From the human T2T-CHM13v2.0 reference genome, Homo sapiens, in NCBI RefSeq assembly GCF_009914755.1, contig NC_060932.1: DNA of 64,000 bases. One strand, written 5' to 3'. Of the stretch, positions 10,872-27,850 are shown piece after piece; positions within the stretch are counted from its first letter, which is position 1; every line of letters starts with the position of its first letter. The position numbers and the translations under genes were made by a program. The notes beneath the pieces were generated by a model. That model did not search any database. It saw nothing but the letters and a program-made list of their open reading frames with translations, and was not told the origin of the DNA.

Positions 10872-12813
10872 CTGGAACCAAGAGACCCCACCCCGCCTCC
10901 CGTCAGATGTGTCTTCCGGAAGGAACAGCTGCCTCTGGGTGGGCTTCGCCTGCGCCCACCACACCCTCATCAGAGTTCCGTTTCCCCTCCTTTTAAATCC
11001 ACGTTTACCACACGGCACTCCAGCCTGTGTGCATGGCCTGCTGTGTGGGACACTGTGACAGCAGCAGGCTGGGGGACCCGTGGCCTCACTGGGGGATGGT
11101 GAAAGACGTTTAAAGACACCGCACAGGTGGATCACAAGCCCCCAGGACCTGGCGTGTTTCTGGTCCAGACTCCCTGTCCTGGCTTTGCCTCGCCTTACTG
11201 TCCTCACTGTCTACTCTTCACCTCTTGGGGCCTGTGTCCCCAAGCGCAGATAGAATTGGGCACCTGCCAAGTGCCAGCCCCAGCCAGGCCCAGCCCCAGC
11301 CGTGGGGAGACGTGTTGCTTCTGGCCAGTGGCTGTCCACGCATGACCCAGCATCTGCCGGCTCCTTTAGCCGTGGGCTCCCCAGGTAGGCTCCGAGGCCC
11401 CGGAGCTGCCCGCTGTGGGCTCCCCCGTAGGAGGTGGAAGGGCCAGCGTGAGGGCTTCACAACCTCTTCCGGGCCTGCTAGGGATGCTGCGCTGACCCGG
11501 CTGGAGCTACTCGACTGAAGCAGACGCATTCTCCAGCACAGCAGCCTCACCTGCTGCACGGGCACCGTGGGGTCTGGTGGCCCGGGAGGCGCCGTCACTA
11601 ATGATTCTGAAGGGAAAACACGCTGTGAGCCTCGATGCTCCCTACTTGTGGGCTGCGCTGATCTAATCACCTACACGGCCCTTTCACTTTCCACCTGAGA
11701 CGTGCTAATAATCCCGCCTCTACTGCTCTTCTTTTCCCAGAATGAAAACAGCAGTTTCCTCCCTGATTATAAAATTAATGTAAGTAATCCAAAGGAATTC
11801 GGAAAAGAATCACAGTCATTTCTGCAACTCTATTAACAAGGTAGATGCCATTTTGGCAACCATCCTCCTAGAGTGTTTCTCCACGTACCTACGGCCTTCC
11901 TCCACCGATAGTTCAAAGCAGAGACAGATTACACGTGGGGGAAGGTGTGTTCCTGCCGGGAGTGACAGCCTGTCCTGTATTTGGTCACCTCCTCCCATGC
12001 CTGAAGACTGAGAACACCATGGTCCCTTCTAAAAATCTTACACATGGCCTCAAAGCACCTTCTCTTCTATGAGGGAAGCCCCAACTCTCTCCTGGAATCT
12101 TAAAGCTTTGGTCAGTCCTGGGGTTTGTCACTGTGGGGTTTGTTTTGGTTTCGGCTTTGGTTCGAAAGAGATGAAACTTGAAAACTCAACTTGTTCCCGG
12201 GCACCAGTGTGAGGGCAGGTGTGCTGAGGGCTGACGCGCTGAGCTGGCCTTGCTCCTGCAACAGCGGGCCACTCAGGAAATTAGTGCAACCCTCTGCCCA
12301 GCAACCGGGCAGCTTGTGAGCCCTTCAACTGCTCCCCTACACCCTCTCCCAGCAATCGCAAGTGTGGCCATTTGTGGTAAAAGAGTAATCCTGAGAAAAA
12401 GGACGTCCCCAACAGTCACAAAAAGCAGCGGTGATGGTCCCTAGAGTTGCAGACATGCATGCAGCACGAAACTGGGAACACAGCATTACTCTCCTATCAC
12501 GAGTCCCAAGGGCAAGAGATGAGCAGAAAAGTGCTGGGTGCAGAGGGCTGCGCGGAACACGAAGGCACCAGCGTGCACACAAATAGGGAGGCCAACGTTC
12601 CGGGCCAGGCCGAAAATGCTGGTGACTTATGTTTATATTAACACTGTTTCCACCTTAGCACCATTTGTGTTATCTTCATCACAGAAAACCCACGTGACCA
12701 CTCCCACCCTGGATCCAAGAATGAGCCGTTCCTCGGACAGATTTCAGACCCTGCGGGGGGCCCTCGGAGCTGCAGGGGAGTCCCCCGCCCTTGGTCCCGT
12801 GTGGCGCCCTCAC

Positions 12814-12995
12814 CTCATGGATGGCAAGTGCCTCATGACCACGTCCAGGGCCTGGATCGTCTCAAAAGGGACGCTGGGCAGCCGCCCTGAAAGTGCATCG
12901 TGTAACGCCTGCAAGCTCACGCAGGACACCCACTTGATGGACACCTTGAAGATGCGATCCTTGCCTTCTCCTGGCAGCGTGACCTCCAGCTCCAC
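12814..12995 (-). CDS. AGO2: AGO2 exon 4 (182 nt; N domain to L1)
   Basis: Acceptor cgcag|GTGGAG, donor TGAG|gtgagg; encodes VELEVTLPGEGKDRIFKVSIKWVSCVSLQALHDALSGRLPSVPFETIQALDVVMRHLPSM(R). Confidence 0.98.
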
Positions 12996-13117
12996 CTGCG
13001 AGGATCCAAGGCACACAAGGTTACTCCCTCCTGCGAAGCCCCAGGGAGGACGCAGCCTGGCAGTGGTTGGCTTCCAGACACTCCTGGGTGAGGAAGTCCC
13101 CGCCCAGGCCTCTAGCC

Positions 13118-13250
13118 AACCACTAGCCACATGTGGCTACGGAGCACTTGAAATATGACCAAGGAACTGAATTTTAAACTTTATTCACTTACTTTTGATG
13201 AATTTAAATGTACAGAGCCACATGTGGCAGTGGCTGGTGTACTCACAGTG
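13118..13250 (+). mobile_element. MER3 (hAT-Charlie) fragment
   Basis: ccactagccacatgtggctacggagcacttgaaat...gccacatgtggcagtggct. Confidence 0.75.
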
Positions 13251-13605
13251 GTCGAAAACGTATCCTCGTTTCACCCCCAAACAATGAACTCACTACCTCT
13301 CTCCTCCCAGTCTCTGAATCGCCCCGTCCCTCACCTATGGGTTGCACCTAACGCCAGATCATGCTGCCGTCACCTGCAAGCCCCACTCCGCTACTCAGAA
13401 CCCACAGTTGAATCGCGATCTGGCCCTCATACCTCCAAATATGTGGACACACACGAGCCCACTCAGGTGACGCGTGAAGCAACTTTGCTATTTGCTAATC
13501 ATGCTTCCCAGTGTCTGAGGAACACCGATGTGACAGGTTACAGATGGTATATATGTTATCCTCACATGCCCAGTGACCCCAGCAAGGGAAAATTCATTCG
13601 CCACT

Positions 13606-13896
13606 TTTGTTGAGACAGGGTCTCACTGTGGCCCAGGCTGGAGTGCAGTGGTGCAGTATTGGCTCACTTCGACCTTGACCTCTTAGGCTCAAGGGATCCT
13701 TTCGCCTTGGCCTTCCAAGTAGCTGGAACTACAGGCACACGCCACCAAACTCGGCTAATTTTTTAATTTTTAATTTGGTAGAGATGGAGCTTCACCATGT
13801 TACCTGTGCTGGTTTTGAACTCCTGGGCTCAAGGGATCCTCCCACCTTGGCCTCTCAAAGTGCTAGGAGTACAAGCGTGAGCCATTGTGCCTGGCC
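13606..13896 (-). mobile_element. Alu SINE (AluJ-like)
   Basis: Reverse-strand Alu with J-type features (gaactcctgggctcaagggatcctccc). Confidence 0.9.
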
Positions 13897-15021
13897 GACT
13901 CACCACTTTTTATCCATGAAACCACAGAAACCCAGACTTAAAAAAATAACCCAAGGCCACAAAGCCATGAAAGGGCAGAGACGGGATCTGGACCCCGAAG
14001 GCCTTCCCACTCCATGTGTGATGCCAGGGTCCCAGGTCTTCAGCACCGGCCTCTCCTAGCCTGCCCAGGGCCTGCTGCCTCTGCTCTGTGCACCTGAGGT
14101 GCCCTCCCTGATTCAGGACCACAAACCCCAGTGTGCCAGCATGCCCAGGTCCAGTGTTGTTTGGTGGCACCAGGCACATTTGCTCGCTCGCCCACTGCCC
14201 GCCATGCCCATGCCCAGCTCCCATCTGCTCATCCTTGTCGCCCAGGGCCTGGCCTCTTGCCACACCTTGTTTGAACCTCACGGAGCTACGACCAGACTCT
14301 GCGGGCGTCACCTGCACACCTGGGTCCCAGGTACACACCCTTTCCACCTGGGCCTGGGCTGGCTCTGGCAGACGCCCACGAGCCCTCAGAGCACTGTTGT
14401 GCCCGATGGCCCCAAACTGGCCGCGCCCCGAGGACCATCTGCAAAAGATGAGGGCGGGGAAAAAGGATCGAATCCTTCCAGCCGGATAGACTTCAAACAT
14501 CGAATAGCAAGAAAAGCAGCAAGCCACAGAAGGGCGCCACAGCACGATTCCTTCCAGACATCAGAGCCATACGCACAGGGGATGCAGCACAGCTGAGGAA
14601 ACCAACAGAGGGAAGGGCCAGCTTCACTCAACTCATCAGGACAGCGGAGGGGGTGGCGGTGGGGGGACGCAATCAAGGCTTCGCCCATGGGGGATTTCAG
14701 GGTGGGAGGAGGGAACAGCTGGGCCTGGGTTGGGGGTACAGGATGTGGTTTAATACCACTCTTTAAATAAATGTACATAGCTGGCCCTTGCACAACATGG
14801 GTTGGAACTACGCAAGCGGAGTTATATATGGATTTCCTTCAGCCTCTGTTACCCCTGAGATAGCAAGACCAAGCTCCTCCTTTCTCTCCTCAGCATGAAG
14901 ACAGAGGGGATCCTTTATAATAATCCACTTCCACTTAATGAAAAGTAGACATATTTTCTTTACCTTATGATTTCTTAAATAACTTTCCTCCAGCTTAAGC
15001 ATGTAAGAATAAACTATATAG

Positions 15022-16026
<1,005 letters not shown>

Positions 16027-16160
16027 AAGAATAAACTATATAATACATGTAACCTATAAAATATGTGTTAATTTACAGTTTATGTTATTGGTAAGGCTTC
16101 TGGTCAACAACAGACTATTAGCAGTAGTTTAAGTTTTGGGGGAGTCAAAAGTCATACATA

Positions 16161-16410
16161 GCTAGGTGCAGTGGTTCACGCCTATAATCCCAGCTCTTTG
16201 GGTGGCTGAGGTGGGAGGATGGTTTGAGTCCAGAGTTGGAGACCAGCCTAGGCAATATAGGGAGACCCCATCTCTGTGCTCCCAGTTACTCAGGAGGCTG
16301 AGATAGGAGGATCGCTTGAGCCCAGGGAAGTCAAGGCTATAGTGAGCTGTGATTGTGCCATTGCTCTCCAGCCTGGGTAACAGAGAAATTGTTTCAAAAA
16401 AAAAAAAAAA
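16161..16410 (+). mobile_element. Alu SINE (AluJ-like, internal deletion)
   Basis: Alu motifs with a poly-A tail, inside Tigger2a. Confidence 0.88.
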
Positions 16411-16449
16411 GTTATGAATGAATTTTTGACTGCATGGGGAATCAGCGCC

Positions 16450-16780
16450 TGTTATGTTTGGCTATGTCCCCACCCAAATCTCACTTGAATTGTATCTCCT
16501 AGAATTCCCACATGTTGTGGTAGGAATCCAGGAAGGTGACTGAATCATGGGGGCTGGTCTTTCCCGTGCTATTCTTGTGACAGTGATCCAATTGGTTTAT
16601 CAGTGGTTTCTGCTTTTGCTTCTTCCTCATTCTCTCTTGCTGCCGCCATGTAAGAAGTGCCTTTTGTCCTCCACCATGACTGTGATGCTTCCCTAGCCAC
16701 ATGGAACTGTATGTCCAATTAAACTTTTTCTTTTGTAAATTGCCCAGTCTTTATCAACAGCATGAAAATTGGCTAATACA
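16450..16780 (-). mobile_element. THE1-family (MaLR) solo LTR
   Basis: tg...tttggctatgtccccacccaaatctca...gaatcatgggggc...gctaataca; flanked by gcgcc/gcacc, a probable 5-bp target-site duplication. Confidence 0.85.
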
Positions 16781-18206
16781 GCACCATTAACCTTTTTGTT
16801 GTTCAAAGGCCAACTGTACATATATTTCTTTTTCATTAGTGCTACTTCATAATAAAATTCTAAATAAGTCACACACAAGTAACAGTAACTGAAAATGCAC
16901 ATTTGGCATAACACTGGCAACATGGCAGACATTCCTGCACTCACTGGTTCCCCCCTTTACTTTCTTTTTTTTTTTTTTTGGGGGGGGGGGAAGGTGTCCC
17001 GCTCTCAGTTAAAGAAACAGATCTGGAGGGGCTGACTGAGGCGCCCCGGGCCAGGTGGCAGGAAGCAGAGGGGCGAGTGCCCCTGTCAAACTGTCTGACT
17101 CCAGAAAGGGAGACAGAGTCTCTATGGGCCCAGGACCAGTGGCTTGGCTGGGCATGGGGGGACAATTCCAGTACGGACTGGCAGCTACTGGGTCCCAACA
17201 GGAGTAGCCGGTCGCTGAGAAGGGAGTGCCATTCCCCTTGTCCAGAAACAGCACGTCCAGGTCACGGCGTGCAAGTGGAGTGAGCTTGGGAGTGGGAGAG
17301 CGCGTGCATTTCCAGCTCACACACGCCCCAGCCAGGAGGTACTTTAGGCCCGAGTACATCTGCGGCAACAGCACTCGGCATCCAGCCTACAGTGCTGTGC
17401 CCTGGCACGGATCGGATGCCTGTCAATGCCACCTTTCAAAAACCTCTGTAGTCAACACCGAGGGGCAATGGCAAGGGGTCTATTTTCCCACAGCAAAATA
17501 CATTCTAATTTGTAAATGTATTTCAGTCCAGCCTCCGCTTGGCCTGCAGAGAAAGGACAGCAGAGTCACCCCGGGCTCTGTAACTATCTGCCCATCCCAC
17601 GTCCACAGTGGCTGGCTGGTGCTCGTGTGTGGCAGCTTAGGGCTGCATGGAGATTTTACGACGGCCATCACGCCACGAGGGCAGGAGGCACATGGCTCTC
17701 CAAGGGACAGGCACCGTGTGCGTCTGGGCTGCCAGCAGCAGGTGGTCCACACCCGAGACACTGCCGCCTCTCAACAGCCCAAAGCGCTCGGTCCCAATGA
17801 CATGACATCTGAAGGTCACTCCCAGCCCTGCTGCCTCCCGTGTTCTAACCTCGGGCAGGTGGCTCCGTTGGCTTCCTGCACACAAGGGGACAAGCAGGTG
17901 GCCCCGCCCACCTCACAGGGCACTGGTGCCAATTGTGTTGCAGCGCTACAATCTGGGAGTGGCCCAACTGCCATTTTCTGAACATGGATAATAGAAAATG
18001 TCAGCCCAGGACTCGATCCAAGGCCTGGAGCACGGCGAGGCACCTGTGACATCCAATCTCCCCAGACAAGCCAAACCCGCAGGCTGGCCTCCCTGTCCGG
18101 AAATCCTCAGGGCGAGAGAAGTAGGACTGTCATGGGGTGATTCCTCTTTGGGGTCGTCACACAACTCAGCAACAAAGGGAAAACAGCACTCTAAAGAATG
18201 CAAAGA

Positions 18207-18660
18207 GGCCAGCCTGGGGCTCACGCCTGTAATCCCAGTACCGTGGGAGGCCGAGGCGGGCTGGATCGCTTGAGCTCAGGAGTTGCAGACCAGCCCGGGC
18301 AATGTGGCAAAACTCTGTCCCTACAAAAAGAAAATTAGTGGCGGGGCACAGTGGCTCACACCTGTAATCTCAGCACTTTGGGAGGCCCAGGCAGGTGGAT
18401 CACAAGGTCAGGAGTTCGAGACCAGCCTGACCAACATGGTAAAACCCCGTCTCTACTAAAAATACAAAAAAAAAAAAAAAAAGAAAAGAAAATTAGCCGG
18501 GCATGGTGGCACATGCCTGTAGTCCCAGCTACTCAGGAGGCTGAGGTGGGAGGCTCACTTGAGCCTGGGAGGTGGAGGTTACAGTGAGCTGACATCGTGC
18601 TACTGCACTCTAGCCTGGGTGACAGAGCGAGACCATGTCTGGGGGAAAAAAAAAAAAAAG
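18207..18660 (+). mobile_element. Alu left monomer followed by a full Alu
   Basis: Two Alu heads (18207 and 18339) and a poly-A tail. Confidence 0.9.
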
Positions 18661-20576
18661 AGAGAGCACAAAGAAACTGTGTATGAAGCCAGGGAAAAGG
18701 CACAGAGGCGCAGCTGCCTTTCAAAAGGCTGTTCCTGCACTCAGCTTGGCTATGGCCCTGGCTGAGCCCACGGCCTCCCTGTCCACTGCTGCTGAGGAGG
18801 GAGCGAGGGAGGCACTGCAGGCGTGGCATGTCTGGCTGGCCACGAGGATCCTGACCTGGACGGGGCCTCCCTGGGGCGGCAGGAAGAGCGACCACACCCG
18901 CTATGCCTGCTGAGCCCAGGCCGAGAGACAGCTGCCAGGCTGCGTGCCACATGCCCCTGCCAGGAGGGGCCGTGCAGTTCATGTCTTGTTGAAATGTGCC
19001 AGGTGCTGAGGTCTAAAGGCATCCTGTGACTCTGTAGGGCAGCAGCTCTCGAAAGGCAGATCACTGACCCCCAAAAGACCTCAGCACCAAAACCAGTCCC
19101 ACCCATCATGTCTGCAAAGTGTAGTGGGAATTCAAAGTCACCTGGCAGATGACAGAGCAGGTACAGGGAGTGGCTGCTCGGTTAGGGCTCGGCACCACCT
19201 CCTGACCAGCTTGTATTGGGGTGGGCTTGGGTCAAAGCACCTGGCTCATTCGAGGGGACCCTTGGCCCTGAGAGGTTGCAGGTCAGCCCCAAAGATGCTT
19301 GCGCCAGGCCCAGGCTGGGCAGGCTCCCTGCCGCACACTGCCCAAGCGGAGCCCCCCATGGCTTCCTAGGCCTCTCCTCGCCCCCGCCCGCCTTCTCTCC
19401 CCAAGCCTTCAGGTGCAGAAGCTTCACTGCCTTGGGAGCCCTTGGCCTCCCTTGCTGCCAGACACCCCCATCCCAGGTCAGCAGGCAACAGCCCGGCACT
19501 CCTGTGGCCATGGCATGGCTGAGCTGCACAGAGAGGCGGACAGGCAGGAGTGCCGAACTACCATGTCCTTCAACAGTGAACTCTGTGCGTGGCTGTCTTC
19601 TCCCAAGGTACACTGCTTCCAGGCAGGGTCTGCTATTGTTCTGAGCTGTGGGTCTGCCCTAACTTCCTTCTGGGAAGGAGACACCGGTGCTGTCCACCAC
19701 CACTCCTAGACCGTGTCAACCCAGACGCTCAATTTGATCATTCAGTGAGATGTGGGAATAAATTCTCAGGTTCATCTTCCACCACCCAAATCCCTTCCAG
19801 GCCAAAGCCACTTGTCTTTTGTTATTTAGGGAGTTTATAGTTGTCTCCATATGTTCCTAAACAGTGCTCCTTCTGGCCACCTTCCTAAATTTTCTATTCA
19901 ACTGAGCAGAGAAGCTCCAGGGAGCTGCAGACCTTCCATGGGACCCAACAAGGGCAGGCATGGAGCTGGACCCAGAGCCAAGAAGACCAGACGACACAAA
20001 TCATGCCTTCAAAGAAGAACCCAGGAGTTCAACCCAAAATGCTGATCAACTTGTATAGTTTCCTGTCTCCACCTCCAGTTCTGGGAGGTGAAGGAGTGAG
20101 GCTGGGCGGTCCCAGCGTCTCCCGGGCCTGGGAGAACTCGTCTCTCTTTCCACACAGGGGCTGGGATGAAGGCAGGCAGGCTAACATTGCAGTAGGAGAT
20201 TTAGGAGCTTCGTGTGTAAGGGCGATGTGACACGGGCCCCCTGTGCAGAGGCCTGGACCAGAGCCGCCAGAGTCCCCACGAGCCTCCAGGGTAATGGAGC
20301 ATCAGAACGATTCTGCTCTTACCACAAGTGAGGCACGAAAAAGTACTTCACAGAAAAAAGACAAAACCCAAAGACGACACTGGGACACGATGCGAGAAGA
20401 TGGACATGGGACACCGCCTTACGCAGGCTCTCACACAGAAGGTTAATTTCTGCACCCTGCAGAGATCCTACAGAACCCCCAAACCAGTGGGAGGAGCGTG
20501 GTCTGCAGCCGGGGTACCCCCATGCTAACCGAACACAGTGGCTTTGAGTAGGTTCTCTATGCTCTCTGGGACATGA

Positions 20577-20890
<314 letters not shown>

Positions 20891-21029
20891 TAAACAAAGA
20901 ATTTTAAACTCTCGCTACTCAACATGTGGCATGGGGCCAGCAGCACAGGCACCGGCTAGGGCTGGTGGGAGATGCACCACCCAGGACCGTGGGGCACAGG
21001 CACCGGACGGGGATGTACATGCTCACTGA

Positions 21030-21175
21030 AGTCTCACAAAGCCCCTGGGAAGTAGTTTTTATTGCCATCTCTCCGTTTTACAGGTGAGGCAGTTGAGGCT
21101 TGGCCAGTTGAGGTGCCCCAGGTCCCACCACAGGAAGGGTGGAGCCAGGCCTCACACCCATATCTAGTTTTACCC
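21030..21175 (-). mobile_element. MIR SINE fragment
   Basis: The sequence ccgttttacaggtgaggcagttgaggct resembles the MIR core. Confidence 0.6.
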
Positions 21176-21743
21176 CAGAGTTTGTGCACAGTTAATTTCC
21201 ACAATGACAGGTCTCAAATTTAAATATCAAATACCATATAGACGCCCTCAGCCCCTTTTCAGAAAAACTACCCTGATGCCCGCCTTGTGTGTAAATATAA
21301 ACATATACAGACAAAACTGTGCACAAACTCCTTATGCTTTTCTTTCTTATAAAACTATAAGTAAAAACAAATGCAAATTAAGCACAGAACTTTAAAATGA
21401 CTACATTTCAGCTCCACAGCACACTAGTTTGCAAGGGGTGATCGTGCTTGACTGATGTGCATTTGGTCTAGGACTTGCTCCTCTTGGGAAAACCAACGTC
21501 TATCACCCTGGGCTGGCAGTGACAACGCACAGACCACTGCCCCTCTTAGAACCATGAGATCGCTTTATGCAGAGCCCTATATCGTAACTCGGTCTCTGCT
21601 CAGTCACAGCACGTTCTCCCTTTGTCAGAGCGTGATAAGGTGAAGGAGCATCACTGGGCACTGAGATTGCTGGGCCCTGCTGACCATCCAGAAAGGCTGA
21701 AAGGAGCTTATTCATTTCAAGATTATCATCAAAATGAAAAACC

Positions 21744-21866
21744 AGCCACTCTGGAGGCTGACGTGGGAGGATCGCTTGAGCCTGGAAATTGAAGGCTACA
21801 GCAAGCGTGATTGCACCATTGCTTTCCAGCCTGGGCGACAGAGCCAGACCCTGTCTCAAAAGCAAA
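21744..21866 (+). mobile_element. Alu right-arm fragment
   Basis: ggaggatcgcttgagcctgg...cagcctgggcgacagagccagaccctgtctcaaaa. Confidence 0.85.
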
Positions 21867-22103
21867 AGGAAGAAGACTGAACGTCTGTAGAGAGAGCTGC
21901 TTGCAGGCCACTTGCTCTCCCACTAAAACAGACATCCCTGACAGCAACTTGAGACCCTTTGCATACGGAGCTGGCTTCTTTCTCAGGAACTCAGGGTTTA
22001 AAAAGCAAACTGTGTATGTTGTTCCCAGAGGGAATCAGCCTTTCATTCTCATAGTTGTTAAACTCCTGGTTTCTGATGTGTTTGCTTCTTAAAGTATGTG
22101 TAA

Positions 22104-22391
<288 letters not shown>

Positions 22392-23171
22392 TGTAAAGAT
22401 TATTTCTGAGCCGGGTTTCTGCTCTTCTTCTACTTACGAATAACACCCGTATCACTCTGCAGCAGCACATTTGTTGAAAGATATTCTCAAGAAGTGACAA
22501 CTTCTGGGCAGAAATTTTATTACTTTTTAAATAAAGCCACGATAAGGCTAAAGGTAATAAAAGAAGGTGACATTTTAATACACCCCCTCCCTCCGGGTTG
22601 ACTAATCACCATCATTCTAATTTCAGATGAGTCACTGGCTAGAGCAGAATGTTAACTGGGCCTCACTGCCATGTCTCTCTCTCACATACCCCTATATGAA
22701 CGTAATTTTCCATAGGTCTTCTTGTGGAGATGGAGTCTCATTCTGTCACCCAGGATGGAATTCGTGGCGCACTGAGATAGCTCACTTCAGCCTTGAACTC
22801 CTCAGCTCAAGCCATCTTCCTGCCTTGGCCTCTGTAGGTCTTTATAATACTGGTGCTTACTCTAAGCTCTTGTCTGGCGGTGGTTTGTGGCTTGTGTTTA
22901 GCATGTGTACTTTGTACTTAAAGTTTGGTGGTTTCAGCAAGTTCTCGATATCCGTGTCTGGACCTAGACAAGTTAAACCCCCATCACTGAAAGCCACAAC
23001 ACAGAGAAGGTAGTTTTTATGGATCTCAGGACGAAGCATGTGGCAGTGAACTGCTCTCTCCTCCTCAGTGAAATAGTTTCGTGTATGAGAACAGGCATGA
23101 CAGACTTTACAACATGTGTGAGCTTTACTTCACCGTATGTTACTCCACCAAGGGCATCCCGGCGAGCTTAC

Positions 23172-23292
23172 CTTGTCCCTCCCAATCGGAAGGGGCATGG
23201 CTGTGTATAGATTCTTCCTGCCGTCAAACACGGGCTTCCGATCCCCAAAGATCTGTGTTTTAAAGTGCTGGACCATGTGTTCCACGATTTCC
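23172..23292 (-). CDS. AGO2: AGO2 exon 3 (121 nt; N domain)
   Basis: Acceptor tttcag|GGAAATC, donor CAAG|gtaagc; encodes [40 protein letters not shown]. Confidence 0.98.
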
Positions 23293-23364
23293 CTGAAACA
23301 AAGACAAAAGTCGGGCAAAATGTCAATAAAATGGAGAAAATGGCATACAAGGACATTTTTCTGA

Positions 23365-23835
<471 letters not shown>

Positions 23836-24624
23836 CTCTGATGCTATTTTTAAAGCAATTTTGCAAGACCTGTGGCTCCTTTGGGCAACATGACTTCCAA
23901 CTTCTATAAAGAAGCAAACTAGACCCATGAGTGGGTTTGTGCTTGTGCATTTTAGTGAAACACGGGAGAACCTGATACGCGCTGGGCACTTTATATGCCA
24001 CATACAGCAGATGACAGACACTTCCAGAACCTCCGGAGCTCTGTGAAGGCACTGACGAGAAGAACAGAGCTTGTGACATTTGTGTTCCATGGAGGTAGGG
24101 TCAGGCGCCCATGCCTCTGCACAGCTACCCACTGTGCACACAGACTGACAGGTGTGGCTCAGCTCGGCTGTGGGCCTTGCTGTGGCCACTAGGATTTGCT
24201 CTGTAGCCCCAGTCAAGGGGTTTGTGAGACTGGCTTGGCCTTCTGTGCTCCTCTGATTGCCAGAAGAATGAGTCCCGGGTGCTGCTACCCCTCCAGTCCA
24301 GCCTGACCCAGGGGCCCAGCCAAACCTCAGCCCACTTGCAGAGCCATGGTATGAGACGGATGCTTGCTGCTGGGAGAGACTGGGGTTTTGGTGTTGGGGG
24401 CTCAGGCATTCCAATGGCAGAAGGCTGCTAGATGCAAGGGAGCTGCTCTGCAGGGCTCCATGAGCAGAGATCCACGACCCCCACCCTCCACCCCCCAACC
24501 CCCACTTCCCCACCGTGACAGAGAGGCCTCCAGAAACACACTCTGCAAACCTCCTGCTGGCCTTCAGCTCTGTTCCAAAGAGGTACCAGCTTGGCATAGT
24601 ACTCTCCTGGCATTTCAGGTGCTT

Positions 24625-24920
24625 GTTTTATTTTATTTTATTAGAGACAGAGTCTCGCTCTATCACTGGAGTACACTGGCATGATTACTGCTCACTGCAG
24701 CCTTGACCTCCCGGGCAGAGGCAATCCTCCCATCCCAGCCTCCCAAGCGGCCGGAACTACACGCCCAGGCCACTATGCCCAGTTAATTTTTAAATTTTTT
24801 TGTAGAGATGGGGCCTCCCTTATGTTGCTCAGGCTGGTCTCGAACTCCTGGGCTCAGGCAATCCTCCTGCCTTTGCCTCCTAAAGTGCTGGGAGTACCGG
24901 CATGAGTCACTGTGCCCAGC
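24625..24920 (-). mobile_element. Alu SINE (AluJ-like)
   Basis: Diverged reverse-strand Alu. Confidence 0.88.
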
Positions 24921-25570
24921 TCAGGGGGGTTCTGAGGCATTTTGACCCAACTCACTAAATGCCTGCCCTCGCACACTACGCCTGATAAAGTGCAAATATG
25001 AAGAGCTGGGGTCCCTGCCTGCCCACAAAGGCCCATGTGAGGGAAATGCAGAGGCCCATGGGGTGCTTAACATCTTGATTTTTTACCAGGAAATGCCAGC
25101 TCAGGGGATGTGGTAAAGAGCGAGAGAGGAGTCCACCAGCAGGGTAAGGTGGGGGCGGGGGAGTCACTGACAGACTTCTGAAGGGAGGTGGGATTGGAGC
25201 GTGGCTAGAATGGTCTTTCTCTTGGGCAGAGCCTCAGTCATCTCTCAGGAAGCAAGAACCTGCCAACTCCTTCCATTCCTTTCCCAAAAGTCGAGGCAAG
25301 CTGGCCTGGAGGGCTTTCCTTATTCAGAATGGCTTTGCTTGGTCCACCTCCAACAGCCACAGGAAGAGGGTCTCAGGGATCCAGCTAACCTGCCCTCAAC
25401 ACCTGCGGTCTGGGGAGTGCCCGTGGCAGATGCCCAGAGCCTCTCAGTGACATCTTTGAGGGCTCCACCAAGCTGCACCCGCCTCTGACAGTGCTGGGAG
25501 ATCCAGCCTGGGCAGGGAACAGCCCCGAAGGCCGTCAGCATGGCCCTGGCATCCATCCCTGCCATGCCTA

Positions 25571-25710
25571 CCTGGCAGCCACGGCACAATCTCCCCTGGC
25601 ACCTCCCTGGCAGCCAGGGCACAATCTCACCTGGCACCTCCCTGGCAGCCAGGGCACAATCTCACCTGGCACCTCCCTGGCAGCCAGGGCACAATCTCAC
25701 CTGGCACCTC
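25571..25710. repeat. Minisatellite, 4 x 35 bp (cctggcagccagggcacaatctcacctggcacctc)
   Basis: Units start at 25571, 25606, 25641 and 25676; the last three are identical. Confidence 0.95.
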
Positions 25711-25899
25711 CCTGACCTGCTCTGGGCTGCCCAAGACAAGGGATGCCCTGCAGCTCTCGCAAGAGGACAGCTCATTCCTCTGCACTCTCCAAACATTACA
25801 AAGGGTCCCCAACCTTCGGAGGCCCTCATCTCCCTGGCCAGGACTGCACAATCAACTTGAGGTGCAGATGGCTCCATTGGAGGGGAAGGTGGGTTCTAC

Positions 25900-27850
<1,951 letters not shown>

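Noticed and set aside
12538-13158. 206-aa plus-strand ORF
   Set aside because: It is an antisense shadow over AGO2 exon 4 and flanking GC-rich intron.
17226-17981. 251-aa plus-strand ORF antisense to intron 3
   Set aside because: It starts at GTG and has no recognisable homology; stop-poor GC-rich DNA gives ORFs of this length by chance.
25571-25710. 35-bp repeats resembling a CRISPR array in unit length
   Set aside because: The units are head-to-tail with no unique spacers, there are no cas genes, and the context is a primate intron.
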